Assembly: GCA_025201805.1 (NCBI GenBank)
Contig: MU619248.1
Coordinates: 1-64,000 of the forward strand
Direction: 5' to 3'
Origin: Parasitella parasitica NRRL 2501
Lineage: Eukaryota > Fungi > Mucoromycota
Length of the DNA: 64,000 bases
How positions within the stretch are numbered: position 1 is the first letter of the stretch; the number at the start of each line of letters is the position of its first letter. The notes under the pieces were generated by a model. That model had not been told where the DNA came from. It did not search any database and saw nothing but the letters and a program-made list of their open reading frames with translations. The position numbers were made by a program, and so were the translations under genes. This document shows, one piece after another, positions 48,344-60,774 of the stretch.

Positions 48344-48685
48344 GATTTTTCGAGTGAAAGAAAAGCAAAGAGCCTGCGTGAAATTAGAGCTTTATGTCTT
48401 TGAGATTGGAATGTTCATATTGGCACTTAATAGAATATTCAAACACCAAAAATGTATACAATAACGCAAATTACGATTATGAGAGATAACAAACATCTAT
48501 TTGGAATGTGTGTGTATGACAGCGTTTGCATAGTAGTAAATCAAATCAAAAACATTTCAATTGTTGTTGATTGATCATAATATTTATTTCGATAGGTCAA
48601 GAATGAAGCATGTTGGATAAATATCGCAATAAAAACAGAAGATTCCCTTTTGGGTTTCTCTATTGCAAAATATCAGCGTAATACG

Positions 48686-49306
48686 ATGGCCAAAGCGCTT
48701 TTTATAGCAGTGATTATCTTTTGGTGCCAGGTAGCGCAAGCATCTCTCTTATTGACACCAGACACAGTTTTACTACCATCACCGCCACAGCAGCAAAGTG
48801 CTGCGGATAGATCCGAAAAAACCCTGGCATTGTCTCTAAAAGCTACTACTGCAGTAGATGATAGTAACACACCAAATCCTATTTTCGCAGCAATGTTTGA
48901 TAACATAACGAATCATTACGTTGAATATTCCCATTTCCTTAGTAGTGCCCCTGCAAAGGTTATCTTGCAGCTACGGTTAGACGCCCTCAGTTACTATTCT
49001 GACCCTGGCGATTACGGAAATGCAGAATCCAAGTTTGATAACTTTGTCCTTGATTTCAGGCCTCAGACAGCCTCTTTTGACAGATTTGCATTTGCGACAT
49101 TGGACTTTCTAAATTACCCAGGTCTCGGCGTAGAATATTACACTGGCAAGGAATTGGTTCGTATGCGGAACGAAATGATCAACTCGATCCCACCGACAGC
49201 AAGTCCTTTGCAGAGGGGGGATTTCATAGCAATCATCGATCAGGTTATCTCAAAGTTTCCAAACGGCGGAAATCTAGGGCAATTTTATACTATAAAAAAA
49301 AATTGA
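48686..49306 (+). CDS. Secreted hypothetical protein
   Basis: Signal peptide MAKALFIAVIIFWCQVAQA; intronless ORF of about 206 aa. Confidence 0.7.
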   Translation: MAKALFIAVIIFWCQVAQASLLLTPDTVLLPSPPQQQSAADRSEKTLALSLKATTAVDDSNTPNPIFAAMFDNITNHYVEYSHFLSSAPAKVILQLRLDALSYYSDPGDYGNAESKFDNFVLDFRPQTASFDRFAFATLDFLNYPGLGVEYYTGKELVRMRNEMINSIPPTASPLQRGDFIAIIDQVISKFPNGGNLGQFYTIKKN

Positions 49307-49358
49307 TCTATGGTACAATGGTCCGTGTTGGTATACAGTTTAATATAAAAAAAGAGAT

Positions 49359-51095
49359 CTATAATTTATAAAGGATATTTTTGTCTTGTACATCTGTCAA
49401 ATCTAGTTGAACATCGTACTTTTCAGAAGGAGGCTCAGCAAATCGTCGTTTGTTTTCATTTGACATGATGATATACATTGTATAAACGCAACAAATAATG
49501 AGCACGTTGGATACACTGAAACCAACCATGGCACCCCAGTATGTTGGCGCTGTATTTGCTGTCATCATAAGAGGGCCTACAAAATTACCGATAGTCATGG
49601 CCAGCATATTGACACCGTTATAAAAGATCTTTTTTGTGTATCCAGAGACATTATTTGAGATTAACGTTTGTAAAATAGCAGCTACACCAGCCATAGCCCA
49701 ACTAAGGTAGAATCCAAGCAGTTTAGGTGCTCCAGGAATAGCAGCCATAAGAATACAGCCCAAGAGGGAGACGCAGCTCATAAAGATACCTGTAAACGCA
49801 ATCCTCTTGTACTTGTCAGCGAGGAAAACGGCGGTCATTGCAAAGATACACGCAGCAATGCCATTTGGAATCTGCAAGATAATGGCCATAAAAGGCTTGG
49901 GGGAAAATATTAGCTGTTTTGTTCCATGATGCAACTTTATATCTTACAGAAAAGCCAAGACCCTCCACCAGCAACGTACTAAAAGTAATCAGACCGCCAT
50001 TTTGAAGGCAATTGAACAACTGGGCAAAAAAGATAAGATATAAGCGAGGTTCTTGAAGAGCTTCGATAACGTGCGCTTTCTTGATTTCTTTGTTACGAAC
50101 AACGCAATTATCGCGGGATCGTTCTTGCACGATTTCTTTTTCATTATCAGTGAGTCTCAGAAGCTTACTGTCAACATCGTCAACCAATAAAAAGAATGTG
50201 GCGATGCCAATGACAACAGTAGCAGAGCCAAAAACAATGTAGCCCCTATATATACACGGTAGAAGATAAATAGAAATGATCAAGCGCGTATGTAAAGCAA
50301 CTTCAATTTACCATCGCCATGCTCGAAAGATTAGATGATCCATGTGGGCAAGACCGTACGAAATCAAGACACCAAATACTGTGCCTAGACCATTAGAAAC
50401 GCCTAGAAAACCCCAACAAAAGCCTTGTTCTGAACGACGGTAAAGGGTGTTCAGTAAAATATAAATGCAGGGATATGTAACACCTTCAAAGAAACCAAGT
50501 AAAAACCTTAGGCCGAGCAATTGCGCAAAATTGCTACAAGCTGCCGTGGCACCCATGACACAGCCACCAAAGATTAGAATTGTGCCAAGATACTTGCTAA
50601 TAGGTAATCTTTGAATCAGATAATTATTCGGCAACTATATGCACATTTATATAATAATGAATATTGAAAAAGTTTAAAATGTTGTGTCCTAAATCATTTA
50701 TCAAGTATACCTGAACTACAAAATAGCCTAAATAGAATATTGAACCTAGCCAACTGAACTGATCACCAGCGAGATTAGCATCCTCCATGATACCTAAAAC
50801 GGCAGCGACACTTAGCGCAGATTTATCACAAAACTACAATACGATTTATAAGGAGAGGTGTCATGTTAATTTGACATGCTTTCTTTGTTATTACCTGAAT
50901 GAAAATAATAAGAAAGATTATAGGTAAAACCGTCCAATTGAGCTTTTTGACAAATTTCAGTTCTTCTACTGATTTAGTCAAAGAAATTTGGGTTGAATCA
51001 GGCTCACTAAAAACTTCATCCATTGTGAGAGATGAATCTTGATCTGGTTGCGAATTTTTGGCATGTTCTTTGTGTCTGACAGATTCTTTTTCCAT
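49359..51095 (-). CDS. MFS transporter, anion:cation symporter / allantoate permease (Dal5-like), 5 exons
   Basis: FCDKSALSVAAVLG, PNNYLIQRLPISKYLG, LRFLLGFFE, YRRSEQ, AWR, NNVSGYTKK, GNFVGP, ENKRR, DLTDVQD. Confidence 0.9.
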
Positions 51096-52060
51096 TATTT
51101 CTTTTATATTGTATTAGAAATGTTGTACAAGTAAAATGACTAGATGATCAGAACTAAACTGAAGGAAACCAACGCAAACCATGGCCAAAGCTACCGTCTA
51201 TATATTGCCCACACGGCCACTTTCTTCTGTATTTCAAACCTTTAAAAGTAAAAATGGATTCATCACTCAGATTGAAATGGAGGAAATTTTATTTTCCACA
51301 TTTCCAGAATAGATTTGAATTGTATTAAAGTAAAAGATAAGCAAGCGCACTTTTGTTGTGAAGTACTGACAATTCTTTCTACCAATTCTGGTATCTCCAT
51401 GTATACACAGAAAGGCTTTTTGGTAATCTGTTAGCGGATGGATTAATCTTTGATTTCAAAGTCATGAAATAGATTTTTGCTTGACAAATAATGTAATGTT
51501 TGAGATGTTTATGAAAATACAAAGTTAATACTTTATTTCATTATAAAATTGGGACGCCATATATTCATAAGAATAGCAATATAATTGTACTAGTTCTTAA
51601 TTATAATAATGATCTAGTAAATATATGGTAAAAACATTGTTGCCTAGCATATAGTTGTGTGAAATATCAATACAAAAAACTCTCGATTTCAAGACAATAC
51701 CGCCTTCAGCCATGTCAATTGGTGAAAAAAAAATCTGTTGTGCCAGATTCTTGTCAACGTTTACTTTCATGTAATAAACTGACAACCTAAGATGTTTACA
51801 TGGCGTAGTATATGATAGTAGTAAAATTTTCCCTTATCAATATGCACTTAGACGGTTCCCTGGGCATCGAAATTTGAATTTCGACTTGGGCAAGATCTAT
51901 TACCCTTTACTTTGTATATTAGCCTTGATGACGTCTAATTTCGCTTTCATAAGTTCAATGGGCAGCTGGAAGACATCAGTCATCCCCGATACAAGATTAA
52001 TAAAGATACACTTTTCATACAAAAAAAAAAGTCATCCCCGATATATTTTAAACTTACATT

Positions 52061-52465
52061 ATGCTTGTATCTCGCATCATTCGCTCTACAGTAATCCGCC
52101 GTGCATTTTATACAACAGAAGTACCATCTGGATTAAATGCTGGTGAGAAACATATTTACAATAAGCTTACTGAAGCATTTTCCCCACACAAACTCAGAGT
52201 AGCCGACGTTTCAGGTATGAAAAGCATTTTTATTACGATATCCACATGTCTCATTAGATGTATAAGGTGGTTGTGGCTCCATGTATGCTATCGATATTGC
52301 TGCTAAGAAGTTTGAGGGAACAAGTATCGTCAAACAACATAGAATGGTGAATGACATTTTGAAGGAGGAAATTAAGGGCATGCACGGTCTACAGGTAATT
52401 TAAACCTGGCTTCTGACCAACACTAAAGCTAACTTTTAGAATAGCTCAAAACATCTGCAAAATAA
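52061..52465 (+). CDS. BOL3: Mitochondrial BolA protein (Bol3/Aim1 type), 3 exons
   Basis: Presequence-like N-terminus; DVSGGCGSMYAI...VKQHRMVNDILKEEIKGMHGLQLKT. Confidence 0.9.
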
Positions 52466-52558
52466 TAGTTTATAATGAAATTTATAGAGTAATAAAAAGA
52501 AAAAATGCAGATGAGGCTTTCTTGGAATGTACATGAATGTGTGTGTATATTTTTAACG

Positions 52559-54012
52559 CTAAATCAATCGACCGCTACCAAACTGTCTTCTTGCTGGAAC
52601 ATCCACCTGTAATTCTACTAGGCGATCTTCCATCCCAACATACAACAGTTTAGAGTCTGGTGAAAAAGTCAATCCGGTAATAGAGCGGTCTTCGTTTTCA
52701 GGTGATAATCGCACAATTTGCCTTGTCTCAAATGTTCGTGTGTCAACTATATATAAATTGTTTACATGCTCGGCATAGGCTAACAAATCCAAAGGACCAG
52801 TGCTGAACTGAACGCTCCTGGGCGCCTTTTTGGTTTTGCGAGTCTGTTTCGCGTGTTGGTTCGTGACGCATAAACAATGAATGAAACTGTATATGAGTGC
52901 TTACCTCGGATGAACCTAATCGGCATAATCTTGTAGCAGAATAAATATTGTATATGCTTACAAACCCATCTTGGCTAGTAATTGCAAACACATCAGATGA
53001 TTGATTCCATGCACATGATAAGGTAGGAGCTTCAGAAACTACAATAATAGCAAGAAAGTTGTGAGCTCCCATGCTGCCGAAAGCAAGTGGTGGTTCTTAC
53101 CTCTGTATTCGCATTTATCTGTATAGAACCCATCTTCATTGATTCGATATAAGAATGCAAAGCCTTGATCACTGGTCAACAGAACTTTTTTACCATCAGG
53201 ACTAACCGAACCTGTATTATCGAGTTGAAACACCCATCAGCATCCGATTTAGATCAAACTTACTGTAATTTATGGCTGAAGGCATTTTAAGAGTTTGCAT
53301 CTTTTCCATGTCTGGAATAGTGAAAACGGAGACGGTTTGGTCCTTATTACATACTGCCATGCGTATGTCGTTTTGATGTTGATACAAACATATCGAATTA
53401 TTCATACCTCTTCCAGCAGTTTTAATTTCGAAACACCCTGTTGACAAATCCTTTATCATCAACGTGCCCGTCTGTCCTCCCAATGCCAAAAAGCCACATC
53501 TAATTGTAGCTGTATCAGGTCAACAAATTCACACACACCCACACCCACACACACAAATACTTACTTTGTATGAATAGATGTTGGGGTAAATGGTAAATTA
53601 TCTTGAAGGCATGTGTCTATTCCTGACTTTGCGTCGTACTAATACGCTTGTGGTTTAGGAGTCGATTTTAAAGAGTGATTTCCAACAACTAACCTTGTAT
53701 AATGCATTCCTCCTCGTCCGGATGATGGTATTGTTGCCAGGGCTCACTATCAAGTTTCTCAATTGCCTGTCGACGCTGCTTAATAGCCACTTCGCTTGGA
53801 GATGAAGACAACTTACCAATGCTGTATAAATGTTGCTACTTTATGCACGTTCTTGACTGACACAAAAAACCCGTCATTTTGACTAGAGATATGTGATCAG
53901 AAACTAGCATAAAATGGGGCGTCTGCGATACAACTTACATTGTATATCCAGTCTGGGCTACCTGATTGGGGCCTGGCTTTTTTTCTGATGCGTCCCTTTG
54001 AGTAATAAACAT
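52559..54012 (-). CDS. DUF2415-family WD40 repeat protein (multi-exon)
   Basis: Spliced IQHWQLRNL, LALGGQTG, SVSPDGK, AITSQDG, and DLLAYAEHVNNLYIVDTRTF (DUF2415 motif). Confidence 0.8.
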
Positions 54013-54183
54013 GTTGTAACTAAAAAGTAAAGAAGAAGGACAAAAACAATGCTCTGATCCGTTCTTTTTTTATGTTAAAAAACGAGCTTATTTTTATTTG
54101 TTTGGTAATTCTACCGTATGGTAAGATTCTGCATGAAAGAACCAATCATAAAGTCAAGCGTTCTGTATAAAGCAACTTTTGCA

Positions 54184-57100
54184 CTACCACATATCAGCAG
54201 CACTCATTCGTCCTCTCTTTTGTGGTCTAAGGGTTTCTTTTTCGACCCAGTATGCTTCTAAATCTTGGTGCTCCTCATGCTTGTGCCGGCTTGATTTATG
54301 ATGTCTATGTCGGCTGTTGCTGCTGCCACTGTCCTTGTCAGACTTCCTCTTTTTGCTATCTCGATGCTTTTTGCCTTGTCTTGATTCTCTTTCATCGTCT
54401 CTATCTCGTTTTCTTTTGCTTTTTTTATGGTTCTTATGTTGACTACGACTACGACTACGACTACGACTACGACTACGACTACGACTACGCCTTGGGCTAC
54501 GACTACGACTAGAGCTGGCGCTACGGTCACGTTTTTTGTGTCTGCTCTGGTCCTCTCCACCGTCAGGAACGTTGATCTGCCGTCTTTCTTTCCGACTTGA
54601 TCTAGGCTTGAATGGTTGTACCACAACTTGTTCAGAAATAATTTGAGATGGTACGAAAGATGGCGATTGATTGCTCCTTTCTGATGCTCTTTTAAACATT
54701 GGTCTGAATGGTTCTTGTTTTGGTGACGAAGAATTGATGGTAATGGGTATATCAGCGGTAGCTGGCTGAGGAGGTGGTGGAGGCCCTATAAAGCCGTCTT
54801 TTTCTAAGGATGATGTCGTTTCTGCTTCTTTCGTGGTCTCATGTTTTTCTTCCGGCTCCTCCTTGTCTTCATATTCAGAATCGTCTTCAGAATCGTTGAA
54901 AATAGCTTTAAATATGTCCATGGAAGGCCTCTCGTAATCCAAAAGTGGTCCGATATCGTCATCGCTCTCATCTTTCTTAACAGTATCTATGCCTGTTGTA
55001 GGTGCTGCTAGATCTTCGTCTCTTTGAGATGGCTTTGGTACCACCGCTTTCATCAAAGGATCATCATTATCCGCAGTTGATGCGGATGTGAAATTTTGCA
55101 GTGGAAGTCGATCATTCAATATCGTTTCCATTGCCTCTTTACTAAGAGCATCTCTGTTTCCACTTTGAGTGCGACCTGCTGCTTTATCAGCTGTATGATC
55201 ATGACCTGGATGTGGGTCTTTTACGTTGAATCGTTTACAAACTAGTCTATTGGGGTAGAATGGCTTAACAGTCCGAGTAAGACTACCAAACATTTTCATT
55301 GCTGCTGCTTCTGCTTCTTGAGTTAATTGCTTCTTTTCAGGCTTAGGTATGTCCTTGGCTCTCAGTTCCTTTTCCTTTCTATATTGTTCTTCGGTCTTAA
55401 GACCACCTTCAAAATTAACAACTTCGATGTTCTTGGAAGTTTCTGAGGCAGATGTGAACCTCCCGCTCATCATTGCGCTGATGGGTCTAAAGATACGTGC
55501 TGCCTTTGCGAATTCGTCCATTTCTTTCATGCCTATCTCGTAAGTCAATCCCTCAGGGATAGGAAGCACAGCCTTTGGTGCACCGTCTTCAGAAAGCATG
55601 CCAGCTTGGTTTTCTAGATAGCTGCGATATCTTGACTGTTTTTTGAGATTATCACCAAATGGCATAAAGCCTTGTAATGCTAATTTAGCAACATCTTTAG
55701 GGATTGTGGGGAAATCTGATAATTGAGACTTGTCTTTGCCAAGATCGATGAAGTAGCCAACTGCTTGGTCCAGTCTGTCTTTAGAGTGTTTGGGCATGTA
55801 ATCGAAGACCGATCGTTGTTCAATGGGCTTTTCTCCCAACGCGCTTCCTCTTTCTTCGAATGAGAATAGGCTTTCTTTGGATATTTTGAATGTATTTGCT
55901 TGAGTATCTTGATCTTCTTTAATTACATGTTCACCTTTAAAATTAGCAGGCACTTTAGGAGGTTCGTGCCATTTACCAATCTGTTGCTTTTGATTAGACA
56001 CATGAAACCCTTTGAGAGGAGCTCTGCCATCTGAACATTTCAACAAATTCTTTAAATGATCTGCTTCTTCCACTTGCTGTCTTTGTCGCTCCATTGTTTG
56101 AATTTTCAATTGATCTCTTGTTAGTCCACCCTCATCATCGTATAGTGAAGTATGATAGTTTGCTGTATCTGTTCTGTAAATGTCTTCCTCGTCCTCATCG
56201 TTTTCAAGCGCACCTAATCCGAATGCCTCTACTTTGCGCCCTCTGCTCTCAAAAACTCCAAATGATGAACGATTCTTTTTATCAGCTTGTTCGCCACTCA
56301 TTTCTTTCTGTCTTGCTAATTCACGCAGTCGTTTCATTTCTGCTACTTCTGGTACGGAGCTTGATAAATCAAAGCCTAGCCCGTAGGTATCTCTTTTAGG
56401 TTGGAAATTTTCAATAGGCGTATCTCTTGGGGCAAATGTGATATTATTCAATGCGCTATCATTATCGTGGCTGTCCTCTTCTCCCTCATCATATTGGATA
56501 CGTCGATTAATGCGAGGACCAATGCCTTGTCCAGGTCGCCAACCCATCTTTCTCAATAATCGGATGCCCACAGAATCTTTAGGAGGTCCAAACGCATTCA
56601 TCAAACTGGATGCAAGAAAATCTAAATCACTTCCTCGAGCTTCCTCCTCCTGTTTACGACGAGCTGCCGACTCACGCTCTGTGCCGCCTAAAATGTCAAA
56701 TTCCTCGGTAGCGACTAGTTTGCGTGCACCTGCCATTGCCTGTTTTTACAAAAATATAAATCTATATTGTTCAAATGATAGTCATTAGTCTTTTCTTTTC
56801 TTTACTTCTAAATCTTCTTCATCCATGAAATCTTCTGGCCTAGCTTCTTTTCTTTCATTGCGAGCATTTCTGGAGGATACATAATTCGTTGGTGCCCAGC
56901 CTTAACAGAAATGTGTTAATTCGTTACTTTATGGCTTATAGTGTCAATTACCTTCTTTTGAACCAACTGTGTTGAAATAGCCTGCTGAAAATCCACCTGT
57001 AAAAGCGCCATGAAAGCGTCTTCGACCCTGCTCATCTCTAGCTTCTTGTTTCCACGTCGGTATGAATTGGCCAGCGTCAGTACGACCTGCACGCCTATCT

Positions 57101-57186
57101 TTTTCGGTTGTTTCCGGAAATGCAGTGCCAAAAACAACAAAGCTCTCGGTTGTTGAGCTTCCCCCTTTACCTGAGTTGCTACTCAT
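54184..57186 (-). CDS. GPATCH1: G-patch domain-containing protein 1 (DUF1604 + G-patch), splicing factor, 3 exons
   Basis: [33 protein letters not shown]; G-patch [20 protein letters not shown]; [14 protein letters not shown]; [11 protein letters not shown]; RS-rich tail. Confidence 0.93.
54441..54488 (+). repeat. (GACTAC)8 hexamer repeat encoding the GPATCH1 RS tract on the minus strand
   Basis: Read directly from the sequence. Confidence 0.9.
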
Positions 57187-59437
57187 GCTATTTCGACAGA
57201 CGATGATGAGAGAGAAATGAAGCGAAAAATTGGAAAGCAAATGACTTTTAAAAGGTGAATGTAAACCAATAGCATTTCAAGCACCGGATACTCTCTTTCA
57301 TTCAATACATTTCCAGCTAAAGTTAGTGTTAATTCACCTGTAGACTTGATAATATAAACTTATTGTGAAATCATTTTTTAAAGCTTCTGAAAGTTCATTT
57401 TATCGACATTTTTGTAGAGTTACAACAAGTAACATAAGTATAGAGTATTATTTAGAGACAGTTGTTAAAAATCCACAATACAATTATCTCATACAATGGA
57501 ATTTAATTAAGGTGCCTACATCATACAATATCAATGAATAGACTCTCACTCTTTTCACAATGTGTAGCGATGATAATAATTATCTTGAAAATTCATAGAT
57601 TGATCTATATATAATTGGGATATATTTTAGGCATTTTTTTTTTGTGAGCTTTGCTGCAATAACATCTATATGCACATATGGAATTTTTCATTTCTGTATG
57701 CAATAAAAGATATTGTAAAAAGTAAAAACCAAAGATGAAATGCGATTGTGATCTTTCCTTTATTTGAGTGTCTAAAAAGCTGCTATTTACATCCCTGTTT
57801 ATACTAGTTTATTAGCATTCTACTAGTTGACAATTGTATCGTTATTCCTTATTGTACCATAATATCTATTCAGAATATTATACTACTTGTATCAAGCAGG
57901 AGTAGTAGTCATTAGCCATTCATCAGGATAACTCGATTATCCTATTTGTAGCTATCCTAACCTTTCCCAAATTTAAATATTGGGTTTTTTTTATAAACAT
58001 GTGGTTGATCTGATGATGTATCAAGAACGGTATAGTGCTTTATTAACCATTAATCAAAATTATATCAAAATAGATATAAGTAAAAACACTCTATGATAGG
58101 CAGTTAATTATTTTACAAAAATCTAAGTTGATCATTTTATAAGCTTTTGTTTACTCCTATTCACAGATGTATATGGTGGCTTTGTTGGCTACTGTTTATA
58201 AAACAGGATTACATTATCAGAAAAACCTCCAAATTGACGACATGTGAAATTGGTGTGATAGAGTACAATTATTTAGTAGTGAAAGGGTACAATGATGCAC
58301 TATGTTAATGTTAAGTTGGCATTTCTAATTACTAACATTGCTGTCTGGGTCCTTACTATATAATATATGTGAATATTATTGGACAAGTAGTAATTGACAG
58401 CAATGTATGGAGGTAAGTTTATGGTGATAAACTCCTTTATGATGATAGATGTCGATCAAAAGTGGCAGATCAATTGTCATAGTAAAACTAGTTAGACTTT
58501 TAATCACAGAACTAATAAAGATCAGAATAAGAAGAATTAGAATTAGGCAGATATTTTCGCTACTGTTTATCACATATCAAGTTCAATGTTTAACCACGAT
58601 TACAAATAGCGTTATGATAGGTATAATCTAGTATAAATATATGGCGTTTTCTTATCAATAAAGTCATTAATTTTTGTGTCTGATTTTTATTTGTATACTT
58701 TTCTTTAGCAGATTATATTCATACTATATCCTCTGCGCAGAACAGTCAACATCTCCATTAAAAAATTAAAAATAAAGGCCAAAGATCGAAATGTAGCAAT
58801 GAACTTCAATAAGACGGTTCCACTTAGACTCTATTGTAACTTTATAATGTGTCAATTTCCAACTGCCGGAAACAAAAAGAGATTTTAACGAGATGCTAAA
58901 ACTTTAAATTACAATAGGACTAGTAGAAACAAAGGATCAATGAAAACTTTAGCGTTTATCCATCGGTACCAGATTATCCAACGAGCATTGCGAAGTATAT
59001 GTCACATGATTTTACTCTATATTATATTAACTAATTAATTAGAATAAAATCCTACACATAACAATCATGATACTCTGCGGTGCGGGTTTGTGAAATTTGT
59101 AGCGATGTGTTGGAAAGATCTTGCAGTAAACAGGTCAATGCCGAGACTAATTAGACTGTTTTGCTGTTTTTTAGGTGTATATTATGTCGAATAACTAGGA
59201 TGGTATAGTATATCAGCGATAGAATAGCAAATAATTATATATAACAGAATTTTAAACGTAAGAAAGTTCGATTTATTTCAAGTATGAAGTATAATTCCAT
59301 ATATATCTAAGATGAGACGTTCTCAGTATTCAACTTCAGATTCAGGAACATGATTTCCATAGGCTTAAACTTAGATCACGTGCAAATAATTAATTAGTAT
59401 TACAAAATAAATTTACACTCTTAACAATCATAAAGAG

Positions 59438-59508
59438 GCGCGGTTGGTTAAGTGGTATAATCTTCGCCTGCCACGCGAAGGGCCGGGGTTCGATTCCCCG
59501 ATCGCGCA
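59438..59508 (+). tRNA. tRNA-Gly (GCC)
   Basis: Acceptor stem GCGCGGT/ATCGCGC, anticodon arm TTCGC-CTGCCAC-GCGAA, T arm CGGGG-TTCGATT-CCCCG, followed by a T6 Pol III terminator. Confidence 0.97.
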
Positions 59509-59590
59509 TTTTTTCAATTTTCGTTTTTGTGGTGTGTGTATATGTTTTCCTGTGAGCGACGTTTTCCTACAAAATTTGACCAGCAAGCTA

Positions 59591-59891
59591 TTGTCAGGTT
59601 CACGCTGACCTTGTGTGTAACATTTTAATCAATATAAATATCTCCTTGATGTTCAAATCCCTAAATGTCTCTTCAGATCTATAGGACATTCACTAAATAG
59701 TATAAACAGTAGTAGTAAAACGATCAATTGGCACAGATGCTACCAAATGTCATGAGCAGAGATGGTATTATTATAAGATATAAGTATAAGATATTTTAAG
59801 AGATAAAAAGATGCCGTTTATTCTTTTGTACTTTGGAGATATTTATTTTGACTAAAATATTACACACCAGGTCAGAGTGAATCTGACACTA
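59591..59891. mobile_element. Non-autonomous MITE (about 300 bp) with about 55-bp imperfect TIRs, TA-flanked
   Basis: 59592-59645 TGTCAGGTTCACGCTGACCTTGTGTGTAACATTTTAATCAATATAAATATCTCC versus the reverse complement of 59835-59888 TGTCAGATTCACTCTGACCTGGTGTGTAATATTTTAGTCAAAATAAATATCTCC. TA is present at 59589-90 and 59892-93. Confidence 0.8.
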
Positions 59892-60774
59892 TAGCAATAT
59901 TATTATTAGCGCTTTTTTTATTTTAAAACTATAACTTTTTGCTAACTACTTTGGAGGATAGAGACTAGATCCTTGCATGAAACCTATGGAGGGACATTGC
60001 AATGCAGGTAAGGTATGGATTTGATTCGGGTAAGTAATAATTGGTTAAAAGCTTATACGATAATACTTTACCAACAGCAGCGAAATCCAGTTTCTCTTGT
60101 TGAGGGCGTCATCCTCTGGAGGCTTTTTTTCAAGGAAGCATGCAAGAAATTAAGCAGGCTTAATAATAACTAAATTTCGTTGTTGATCTTCCTGAATCTA
60201 TATATATATACTTCAAAGTAATGTTATATATATATACCCAAGACGTTTACCAGCATATGTAAGTTGCGTATATCCCTGATCATGGCAATATCAGGCAAGA
60301 TTGAAATTACCCTATTTTTTTATTTAAAAACTAGTTGTATGCTTATAAACATTTTTCTTATATGAAAATACTAGAATTATAAGGATGGATATTATGTAAA
60401 CAAGCATGTGTTATTGAGTGATCTATCAATTATAAACTGGCAAGAGAAAAAAAAGCCTCAGATCGTTGTTGAATATAGGACACTATCGATGTAAAGCTGA
60501 GTATGACAATATGATATTGGGATAATAGATAAAATTTAATCTATTATATCTTTCATCATCGCTAAATCCTTTTTCCTTGAATCATTTCGCTTTATTAAAT
60601 GCAGTTAACGATTTTGTTCCTCTTTAGTTTTTTGGATTTCAAAAATCAAAAAATCATCTAGAAAAACAATTATTGATGATAAAATGGTAAATTGTTATTA
60701 ATAAAGTTTTTAAATATCTTGACAATATAGACATACTAATCTGTTTTAATACACACTGCATATGATGAGTTAAA

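Noticed and set aside
16174-54012. Five beta-propeller genes in one window as a functional cluster
   Set aside because: They belong to unrelated housekeeping families, WD40 genes are abundant, and there is no sign of tandem origin.
54252-54626. YD-repeat and poly-Val ORFs
   Set aside because: They are alternate readings of the GACTAC repeat that encodes the GPATCH1 RS tract.
57300-59400. 2-kb AT-rich tract as a centromere or hidden gene
   Set aside because: No recognisable motif, repeats, flanking LINE array or coding signal supports either call.
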